From Williopsis jadinii (Eukaryota), in assembly GCA_024346625.1 (NCBI GenBank), contig AP024666.1, positions 806,001-870,000 of the forward strand: a DNA stretch of 64,000 nucleotides, read 5' to 3'. Of the stretch, positions 54,418 to 64,000 are shown piece by piece. The translations under genes and the position numbers were made by a program. Below the pieces are notes generated by a model. The model was given only the letters and a program-made list of their open reading frames with translations, did not search any database and was not told the origin of the DNA. The stretch's first letter is position 1; every line of letters begins with the position of its first letter.

Positions 54418-57411
54418 ATGGACGCAATTCCTGAGGATAATCAACACGGTACCACTGCTTCAGAAGATCCAGTCTTGAGGAATTTACGCGTCAAAGCGGA
54501 GGCTGCGATGCCCTTTCTCCAAGATGACCTCTCAACTTATGCTATTCAAAGGCATACGTCGAGCGTGTCTTTGAACACTGCAGGTATGAATCGGAAATAC
54601 TTCGCTGCTCTTCTGTCTCTGTCTATTGCTGGTTGGGAAGGAAATCTTGTGGCTTATATCATCATTCATGTTATAGTGAGTTCTCTATATTTTTTTTGTA
54701 GAGGTCTAGTACCAATAATAGTGGCAGATTTTTATTAAGATGTCTTTATGAATACTTATGAAATTGAGGGGACCACCTATCAGATCAGGAACAGTTGAGG
54801 ACTTTTTTTTTGGGAGAGGAACTGGCACTCTTCATGAGAATTGTATTTGAACATTTCAAAGATATTTTCTATATCGAGAATAATTTAATTGATTCAGTTG
54901 AAAATGTTGTCTACATGATGCTGCTGCTCAACATCAGAGCAATCTGTAGTACGAAAAATGGACTTGCGGACTCTGTTTGTGTTTCTTCTTGGAGCGGGCC
55001 TACCGATGGGTTGAAGAATAAAAGACGTTTTGCGAGTTGGTACTATTGTTTTGTGATTTCCAAAGGAGTATTCTGTAACACCTTCAACTCCAAGAAATAT
55101 CATAACGAATACCTTGTGATCTATAGAAAGGAGCGGGGTGATTTACGATTCAAGTTATATTCAAAGGTGTGACTTTCAGAATTTGAACAAGCCCTTGAAT
55201 ATGAAGATAGATATACTTCCAATTATCGTGAGATTACCCACAGGATATTCATATCTTTTAAACGACCAGAGGAGTCCATAGAGGATGTGCCCCTTTATTA
55301 TTCAGCGATTGCCTGCACAAGCTTGGAAATGCCGGAGATACGTCTCGAGAGAGACCGTGATGGTAAATTTAAAGCCCTTCACGAGATGAGATTTGAGAAG
55401 TCACATCCAGATACTTTAAAAGCATTTCTGAATGAAAGAGGTATAAATGCACAACCTGATGCACTACCAGCTCAACAAGAAGATTATTTGGAGTTTCTAA
55501 ATCAAGATCCCGATGCTAGTCAGCCTGGTTGGGATAGCTCCATCGACGTTTCGTCTGTGGGTGCTATAGACGTGACAGAGGATGCACTTCTTAAGTCTGA
55601 CGATGAAGTGGATCTTCCAGATGTTACAGGAGAAGGTGAACCTCCAAGATAAAGCGTCGATGAGTCTCCGAATAATGTTGAAGGTGAAGATTTGGGGATT
55701 GAATCTGATTGATTCTGTCACATTCGAAAGTACCACTTTTGTGTTCTTGGAAACACTTGAAAAGAAAATTGAAGACGAGAATGGATAACTTTGAGCATCT
55801 TACATTGGAATTTAATGTTATGGCCTTGTAAGATCCATGGGAACTATCAAATCCACATTCAACTCAACTAATAAGATAATCACAAGCACTGGGCGATTTA
55901 TGATATCTAGGTCTCTCAGTAACTGTTTGTGGCTGTTGAAGAAATGAACTGTCCACAGACTTCTCTATTATCAAGATCTTCCACAGATGTCAAAAGAAAT
56001 ATAGCTGGTCGAAATATACTTGCATTACTGAACCAGTGGTGCAGTTTGATGTTGCACGTGGACCTTTTGGACTTCCATCATTCAATATAGAAGTAGCGGG
56101 CAATTCAGAGGCAGTTGGATGGCTGCTGAAATTGATCACTGCTACCTATCGGTAGACCCCATTACGATAAGGAACTCCGTTGGAGGTCCTGCATCAGATC
56201 TGGAACGTGTGGAGGATGAATCGAGTAAGATTGAACAAGACTATTTGAGTAGAATGGAAGGGTTACTTTTGAAATGGGTCACACCAAAGTCACTAGAAAT
56301 GGCTAATACAGTGATGAAATACACAAAGCTCTACCAAAGACTACTAGATGAAGCGGAACGACATTTTAGACTTGCATCGACTGACGAGACTGGGTGTCTT
56401 TCTCTGTGACTAGGGATTACAGGAATCCAACCACCATGGAGGAGATCTGTTAGAAATGGGAAGCTATTACTGGTGATCCAAACATCAGTAAAACTCTTAA
56501 AATGCTTTACCGTATTGTTCAACAGGCCACGAATGGTGCTGGTATGCACTTCTATCCCTTGTGCTGCGTTACAGAATCTTCAAGGCATGAAACCAATGTC
56601 TTTACCCTTGAGATGCCATTTCTAATTGGTCCAGGGGCCAATGAAGAAATCATAGATACAAAGAAGTTTGTGTCTGCTCATATCAGCGAGGATATCATTG
56701 CTTATTTGAGAGAGAGTTTCCCACGCCAGTTTGTCAAGTCCTGTTCTTCACCTAGTGAGTCAATAGTACCAGCAACGCTTTTCATTGTGTGACCTTATAA
56801 ATTGCAAATCAAGCTATGTCAGTGTTTTCAAGAAGTCTGTTTATGTCATCCGAAACTTCGAAAGAGACGAGAAAAGACCTCGCTATAAACTGGCCATTAT
56901 TCTGGAGTTATTCGACATGAAATGGCACAAGAAACCACTGTCAAGAGTCTCAGTGATCAAGACAATGAGGAGAAGACACATTACAAGCGCCCTTGCTTTG
57001 GTATCCGATATGAATATTAAACCAATTCATGTTAAGTCTTCGAGTCTTCGTGCATCCGATAACGATACATCCCATAACGATACAGAAGAAGAGACCGATA
57101 GAGAAAGCCGTTCAGCAATCGGGTTGAAGATCAGTGCTACAGCTAAGATGATTCTAGGTCCTTTGTTGCTGGACCATATTGATGAAGAGGACCCAGGATC
57201 ATCATGGCTTTCTGATTCCGCTGACTCGGATGATCATGCATTTGATCCTTCGAAAAGTTCAGCACTAATCAGTTTGAGCAATGTTATTGTGGGGAAGGCT
57301 GGATTACTGTTTCATGGCGAGTGTGAACCAACGAATCCAAAGAGTGGCTTCATTCAAACTCAGATGTCTAACTTCAATCAATTTGAGTTCCTGGCCCACA
57401 ATGAATTATGA
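54418..57411 (+). pseudogene. Decayed ~1000-codon gene, probable tyrosine recombinase of Crypton/Ndc10 type (DUF3435-like not excluded)
   Basis: Same-strand ORF fragments tile ~3 kb; 54795-55172 and 55287-55652 are one frame split by a TGA. Motifs in order: LEMPEI...KALHEMRFEK (55323-55400), HY*TSGA (56023-56043), GSW-x7-CYLSVDP (56110-56160), KW...RRRHITSAL (56920-56994). Possible intron from GTGAGT at 54676. Confidence 0.55.
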
Positions 57412-58049
57412 CTAGCTAAGATACCGCTTCTTGCAGTTTATATAGTTTACAAGCCTAATGCTCTTATCACTCGACAAACATTTCAATGTGATGTAGGTGT
57501 CACTCAGGGATGACTTTCTAGGCATAATTACATTTCTTGATGCTGTTCTTCAAAGTGTTTCCTATGTATTTACACTGGTGACTTGCCTTTAATGGAAATT
57601 AACGTTGACGTTGAGGTAACCATCAGCTGCATCTGGCCAATTTTCACCGACTTCACTACAAAATCCCCCTCCAAAACTGCGAAACATTCACCTTTTTGGT
57701 GCTTAACTATGGTGAGCCCGGGATTTTCAGAACTTCCCGATTGATGCATGTGAGGCGCAAAAAATTTGTATGGGAAAATTGCCGTTCACCTGTTCCAGGT
57801 GTGACACAAAAAACAAACACGGACTAAAGATTTAAAAAAAGAACACTAAAGGCAAAACAAGAAAAACCACCAAGGCTGATGATGTGGCAAGGGCTAAGTC
57901 CCAACGGGGGGAGTGTTTTAATCTGGAAATCAATAATGGTCACCAGTGAATTGATTCGATCTAAATGTTTGCTCACAAATTGACCTATAAAGAAGTATGA
58001 ACTTATCGGCCGGAGCTTTCTTAACTTGTACACCTCGGTTCTTCACACA

Positions 58050-61000
58050 TAAAAGTTTTTTCGCCAAGCGTGCACACTTTATGTATATGTGGTAACCAAT
58101 ATGTTTCTTTTTTGCTGTTGTACTTTAAGCTTTGGTCTCTTGAGACTCTTGGACTAAAGCCAAGTGTTTTGAAAAAGGGCCTGGGAAATCTAAGCTACTG
58201 TAGTGAGTTTTTGAACTGTTCTGCTTAGTTTTACATTCGTCTGAAGGGCATAACAGTGGTGTTAGGTACAATTACATGTCCTTGGCTCGTGGGTGTGTGA
58301 CAGCCCACGTTATTAGTACAGCTCGGTGTGTGGACTACAGTGCTTTATGTCGCCAACCATAACCACGCGAGTGTGGTAGATACGGAGTACAAGCCGCCAA
58401 ATGGAAAAAAAGCTTGATATTGGATGTATAGCGGTGGTATCGGGGGATAAAACCTGGAACGTGGTATGCATGAGCGGTTCATCTTAGATGTCATGCGCAC
58501 ATGTCGTCTGAGGCTATGTACCCTAGCAACAACAAGGTCTTAACCGCATTGGAAAGTTCCCCTAAATGATTATACTTCTGACGAAACTAAGATCCCTTAA
58601 ATCTGATACATCGTATTCAACAGCAACACATGCTAACCCTTCCAGTGATGATCCCCTCCTCTCCACCAAACACAACGCTGTGTACTGACCACGCACCAAG
58701 ATGTTCGAGATATCCCTTTCGCTGATTAATGTCAACACAAGCACGCACACGAGCCGCTACTGTAAAACATTTGGTCTTGATGTATACACCCTGTTTCGTC
58801 ATAAGAAGTCAGAGTAAGACCCTGATACTTTGTTCAGGTTTTGGAAGCTTGAACTAGTTGACACGAAATTACAAACTAGAGATGATCATGGAGTATGTAT
58901 GTGCACCTCACCATGGCACACCAAGATCCTCGTTTGTCTAAGCTTGTTTACCTTTGCTCGCACAACAGCTACATTGAGAGATAGTGCCCTAACTTAGGGT
59001 CTAAGTCGTTGCACATCCGGCGAACTGGACTGTGGATTTACAGGAGGACACAGTCCCCAGGCTTAGAAGCGTTGATATCGGGATCCCCTCGATGTGAGGT
59101 TAATTGCCGAGCCGCCGCAATATTAGTAAGATTACATAAAGGTTAAAGCTGATCAGAATTGGCTTCTTGGTACTCTACGCTATTCAAAGATGTGACATGG
59201 AAGAGCATGTGGACGCACACGTAGTTGGACGTTTGAGAATTTGTAAATATGTTGGAGAGTGACAACATTTTAACGAGCAGTTCTGGATCTGGTACTTAAA
59301 CTGACACAAGGCTCAGTTACATGTGCTAGAACTAAGATGGTTTCACGTGGCTCATTTTCAAGTCGATGTAGATAGCTGAACTTTGCCCAGCTTTAAGTGA
59401 AATAAGAAATCTGGTGCCTATTGGTTATTACGTTATTGAAATAACGTACACTTTCCAAAATAATAAGAGAGGGCGAAGTCTGAATCTTGACCGATAAGTA
59501 CCTGTTTTTACCTGGTGCTTGCTATTAAAATTACTGGTGCTCAATATAACAACAGCAAGTGTAATCTAGGATAATATTCCCAAAGTTAACTTTCTGCTAG
59601 TTCAACCTAGATCCGTGGCAACTAACTTCCGTTTTGGAAATTAAAATTGTAGCTTAGCCTTGAAATAAGATAACCCGTATGGTTTATATTTATGTGCCAT
59701 CAATGATGTTAAGGTTCTCATTCGGGTCCTGTGTAGGGACCTATTGACCTCTGCGACCAGGAGTGTATCGGTTTCTACCTTACCACCCTTCGCATTGTAC
59801 GTAGATGACCTAACGATCTAAGCTTATTTGTCTTAAAAGGCCTACAACGTGCATATCTGCATACAAAACATATGTTGGAGGTAAGAACAGAGCTTCACTG
59901 TTAGAGAGAAAGCTCCCGACCAGTGAACTGCATTGGTACCATCATTTTATCTGTTTTGTCTCAAAACTTTCTCTGGTAACCTCATTGGTCTCGCGTTTCC
60001 ACCTCACGTTCAAGTAGCAGCGTAAAACTTTAACAGGTGAACTTTCGAATAAAACGGATGAATTATGAGCAAGGTTGACGTACGGGACAGTTTGCACTCA
60101 TGGTCTTTGTCTTCCACCAGAGCTAGGGAACACATACCTCAACGGCTATCATAGCTTTACTATAGCAAAAGTTTTATGGTCGGCAATTGTATTTAAGGTT
60201 TCAAGACTTCGGAAGTGGTTACAATTAATGTCCGATAAAATCCATTAAGTATCTCTTTATTTCAGTGGAATGAGACTACATACGCCTGCACAAGTACACG
60301 CCTCCAAAACTCTCAGCTAGTACAAGATATGCACTACCTAATACGTTGCGAATTTTGATGAGGTGGTTTTTCAGTGCTTTTCAATATTTACTATACGCTA
60401 TACTTTGTGAATTGAAGCAGGTGTCGGTACAGTTCACAATATGTGCGTTGGAGTTTTGGATACAGCGTACTGTTTCAGGCTTAGTCATATACAGTCGCCT
60501 TTGCTGTGCATGTTATTAGAAATCTCAAACGTCAAAGTCCGCTATCTTCTTACCTTAATTTTAAAGTCGTTAGACTGAGCACATATAACCCATGCTTGTA
60601 ACTGTTTTCGTTAAATAACAAGTATGTAACTAGGTTTTAGAGTATAGTTCAGTTCTTTTGCAAGTGTAATTGTTATATTGCTGTCATTTGCTGCAATTGT
60701 ATGTTCTCCTGGTTTACGATTCCGATTGTGAAATCTAGAACTTCTCTGCATCATGAATCTTTTCAGTGTGCAACCAGTGATGAAGATTTGGGTGTGTCAT
60801 TAATGTACCTTTGAAAAGGCAAGAACATAGGTTGAAATATGACTTATATCCAAAGAGTATAGCTGTGTTGTGTAAAACTGGTTCAACTAGTACAGTACTG
60901 TGTAAACAACATATGCTGCATATTGTCAGGTTATGCATGGTGGATACGTCTGTAGTATTAGATGCTTCAAGATAGTAATGAGTGTTGTTTGGTGAGACAT

Positions 61001-61800
61001 TAAACATAAGTCTAGATCACGTGAAATTATACAGCAATGTGCGGGAACGAGTCTCAACATCGACGTTGTCCGATAAATAATCTTGAAGTAATCCTTTGAT
61101 TCCTTGGATTGAACACCTCCGATAACTCAAAGATGTAACCCCCACCCATTTTATGGGTGTTTCACGGTTGGATTTTTAGTTAGAAAAAAAGGTGTAAATT
61201 TGTCTCTTAGACAGGCTTCGTCTCGATGTAATTGGCGAATTCTGGCAATAAAGGGTGTGTGAGGGCGTACAAGTTACAAGTTAGAACGGAGACCGCGTCT
61301 TTAGAGAAACAATGCAGTTAAAATTCATTATCAGCCCAAATAGACTCGGCTTCATATTTTCAGCTCAAATTATGGGAAGAAGTCCGTTCTATATATTTGA
61401 TGCTCTGAGTTGTAAGACACGTTAAATATAGGATATCGGTTAAAGGAGTTAGTGATTATCTTTGTTTCATTCTGACTCCCCCCTCTTGCGACGGTTAACT
61501 ATCAAAAAGATACATATGATCACGTGTCCCTCTGTCATGGAGTCCACATCTCGACGGAGCCATTACTACCACCAATAAAACCCAATATAAGTGTGATTCA
61601 ACCACTTACCTTTGATACCATGTACGGTGAGCACATTACACAGGACAATTGGATCTCACAAACCTCCGAGAGAGCAAACTGAGCTACTAGAACTAAATTG
61701 TCCTACACTGTCAACAAGTTTCCCCTCAACACCACCAACCTGAATCCTTTCACTCTCCATTAAGCATGTACGTCCATATACTCCGAGACGTGGGCAGTAA
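58050..61800. other. Long ORF-poor, AT-enriched unique block; candidate centromere
   Basis: No ORF of 60 aa or more in any frame between 58803 and 60734. Five hand-counted 60-nt lines gave 28-50% GC (three near 30%). TCACGTG at 59343, 61017 and 61520. Confidence 0.35.
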
Positions 61801-62328
61801 CGCCATTTGGAGTACGCTGTGCTCACTTACAAATTGCAAATGTCCCACTTCGCCTCCTCAGCGGTGAAAATGTACGTTGAACGTTCTTCCATGCATGGAA
61901 CAAGAAGATGGCACGCAACAAAGAGACGAAACTAACGAGTCTTTCGCAAGCCGCGGTTAATTTTTCCACAATTGATGGTTGCATTGCCCGGGTAACTGAA
62001 AAAGCAGTGGGAAAAAAAAAAGAGCAAAACATTGCGAATCAAAAAGTGGAACGAAAAAAGGAAAAAGAAACACAAGGCGACCGGCGCAGCGCACAAAAAC
62101 GAAGATGAAGGAGGGAAAAAATGGCAACCTAATCAGCGAAAATTAATAAAGTGAAAAAAAACTGAGGATTTTAAACGAAAAGTGTAACGATTAAACGTCA
62201 TTTGTGTGGCAAAAAGGAGTTATCTTATTAACACATCACTCTCAATTGATTGTTTGATCTCTCAGAGTACTTCACGCGATAGAATATTCATTACTTTCCA
62301 GTCCAATCAACTACACAACCGATAAGCC

Positions 62329-63249
62329 ATGTCTGCTCCTGCTACTACTGCTCAGGCTCCAAAGGCCATTTTCCCTCCTATTTTAACCTGGAAGGACCCA
62401 GTCAAGACCGGTAAGGTCTTCGGTACCATCATTGCCGCCTTGATCGTTCTCAAGTCTGTTAACTTGCTCAACTTGTTTTTCCGTATCGGTGCGTTTACCT
62501 TGGTTACCTCTGCCGTTGCCGAGTACGCTGGTAAGTTTGTCACTGGTTCTGGTCTTGTGACCCGCTTCAGACCAGCTTACACAACAGTCGTCTCCACCAA
62601 GGGCCAAAAGGCCCTGGAGTGTTTGGCCAACAGATTGCCAGCCTTGGAAGAGTCTGTTCAGAAACTCATCTACTCTGCTGACATTGAGAAGACCTTGAAG
62701 GCTGGCGCTCTCTTTTACATCTTGTTCAAGATCACCTCGTGGTTGTCCCTCAACACCTTGATCTTCACTGGTGCAATCCTCGGATTCTCCCTCCCAGCTA
62801 TCTACGAAAAGAACCAAGTTCAGATCAACGCTGCTGTTAAGGAGTTCTCTGCCTTGGTTGGTGAGAAGGCCTCTGAATACTCAAAGGTTGCTCAAGAAAA
62901 GGCTGCTCCATACATCAAGCAAGCCGATGAGAAACTTGGTCCAGTGTCAAAGTTCATCAAGGAGAAGTACCAAGTCAGAACTGCTGGTAGTACTGTTGGC
63001 TCTACTTCCTCCAAGGCTGCTGCTGTCCCAGTAGAGACCACTCCAGTTGCTTCCACAACCTCTGGTGCTCAAGTTGTTCCAGAAGCTGCTGCTAACGTGA
63101 AGGCTACAAACCCATTTGAGACCACTACAGGTACTACTGAGTTCCCATCTGTTCCAGAGACCAAGCCATTGTTGGAAGAAGTTACCGAAGCTGCTAAAGC
63201 TCAAGGCGTCAACATTGACGAATTGAAGGAGGCCTCCACTAACTTTTAA
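62329..63249 (+). CDS. RTN1: Reticulon
   Basis: ILTWKDPVKTGKVFG reticulon start, two long hydrophobic hairpins and FSLPAIYEKNQ; convergent with HEM1 as in S. cerevisiae. Confidence 0.92.
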   Translation: MSAPATTAQAPKAIFPPILTWKDPVKTGKVFGTIIAALIVLKSVNLLNLFFRIGAFTLVTSAVAEYAGKFVTGSGLVTRFRPAYTTVVSTKGQKALECLANRLPALEESVQKLIYSADIEKTLKAGALFYILFKITSWLSLNTLIFTGAILGFSLPAIYEKNQVQINAAVKEFSALVGEKASEYSKVAQEKAAPYIKQADEKLGPVSKFIKEKYQVRTAGSTVGSTSSKAAAVPVETTPVASTTSGAQVVPEAAANVKATNPFETTTGTTEFPSVPETKPLLEEVTEAAKAQGVNIDELKEASTNF

Positions 63250-63517
63250 AGCTACTGTTCTCTTATATAGGCACATATATATGGTGACAAATCTATCTTG
63301 ACGGACGAAAAACAATCACGCCGTCACCATCACCTTATGTAGTTCACAAATGACTGTAAAGTTTGGTATTTATAGGGACAATTATTGTCTACAAGACTAT
63401 AAAGAGATGAATTGATCAGATAAAAACAAAAACCGATACAACCAAAGCGTCTTATAAGGAAGGAAGTAATCAATGGCAATCAGTATTGGAAAAAAAAAAG
63501 AATATCAAAGGTCATCC

Positions 63518-64000
63518 TTAAGCTTTAACACCAGAGGACACTTCCAATTGCTCAATGATTGGGTTGAAAACGTTTTTGTTCAAATCCTCTTGAGTGTAAG
63601 ACAATTGTTGTTCAGTCCACAAGTTTGTCTCTGGGACGTAACCTTCAACACCAACGTTACACAATCCACCTCTAGCTTCAAGATCAGAGATTCTTGGAAG
63701 ATCCAAGGTCTTGTAAACGTCCTCAACAGCTTCGATCAAGATATCAGACAACTCCTGGTGATGTCCTGGAGTTGGTGTAATTCTCAAACGTTCAGTTCCA
63801 CGAGGAACAGTTGGGAAGTTGATGGCTTGAACGTAAATTTTGTGCTTATTCATCAACAAGTCAGACGCGGCTTTGGCCTTGGCTGCATCACCAACGACAA
63901 TTGGAACAATGTGAGATGGGTTTGGCATGACTGGAACGCCAATGGCTTCCAATTGATCCTTAACGTAGGTTGTGTGGATTTGTTGCAATTGTCTATCCTT
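63518..64000 (-). CDS. HEM1: 5-aminolevulinate synthase, 3' part (runs off the window)
   Basis: PNPSHIVPIVVG, HKIYVQAINFPTVPRGTERLRITPTPGH and C-terminal LEVSSGVK. Confidence 0.95.
   Translation of the reverse strand, partial: KDRQLQQIHTTYVKDQLEAIGVPVMPNPSHIVPIVVGDAAKAKAASDLLMNKHKIYVQAINFPTVPRGTERLRITPTPGHHQELSDILIEAVEDVYKTLDLPRISDLEARGGLCNVGVEGYVPETNLWTEQQLSYTQEDLNKNVFNPIIEQLEVSSGVKA

Larger units (their letters stand above)
52538..58015 (+). mobile_element. Candidate ~5.5-kb degenerate Crypton-like DNA transposon
   Basis: Encloses the repeat module and the decayed recombinase-like gene. Bounded by a 9-bp direct repeat CGGCCGGAG (52538-52546, 58007-58015); no LTR or TIR seen. Boundaries are tentative. 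Confidence 0.35.

Noticed and set aside
54418..57411. LTR retrotransposon (Ty) or DDE transposase origin
   Set aside because: No gag zinc knuckle, protease, RT (YxDD), RNase H or integrase motifs recognised, and no LTR pair or TIRs seen.

Overview
Gene-dense budding-yeast (Saccharomycotina) chromosomal DNA. CTG encodes Leu at a conserved UBA3 position, and there are many short introns with GTAAGT/GTGAGT/GTATGT donors and relaxed branch points, which suggests a Cyberlindnera/Wickerhamomyces-like yeast (inference). Bases 1-52 kb and 62-64 kb hold conserved genes: USA1, a frameshifted Zn2Cys6 factor, UBA3, RCF1, AHC1, GRX8, DDL1, SFM1, PRP3, HSP10, MCO10/ATP19-like, TOM1, DIA4, RPL27, a coiled-coil protein, tRNA-Phe, IOC4-like, MCM1, PMP1/2-like, NUP116-like, RAD27, EMC1, MGR1, a sugar porter, a Pac2-family regulator, RTN1 and partial HEM1. 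The unusual part is a ~10-kb interval (52.1-62.3 kb) with no intact gene. It contains: (1) a tandem-repeat / 88%-AT tract / CDEI-like module; (2) an unannotated two-intron minus-strand unit; (3) a ~3-kb decayed ORF whose fragments carry, in the expected order, motifs resembling a Crypton/Ndc10-type tyrosine recombinase with a GCR1_C-like tail; and (4) a ~3.7-kb ORF-poor, AT-enriched block with several TCACGTG sites that is a candidate centromere. The recombinase and centromere calls come from visual motif matching and are unverified hypotheses.
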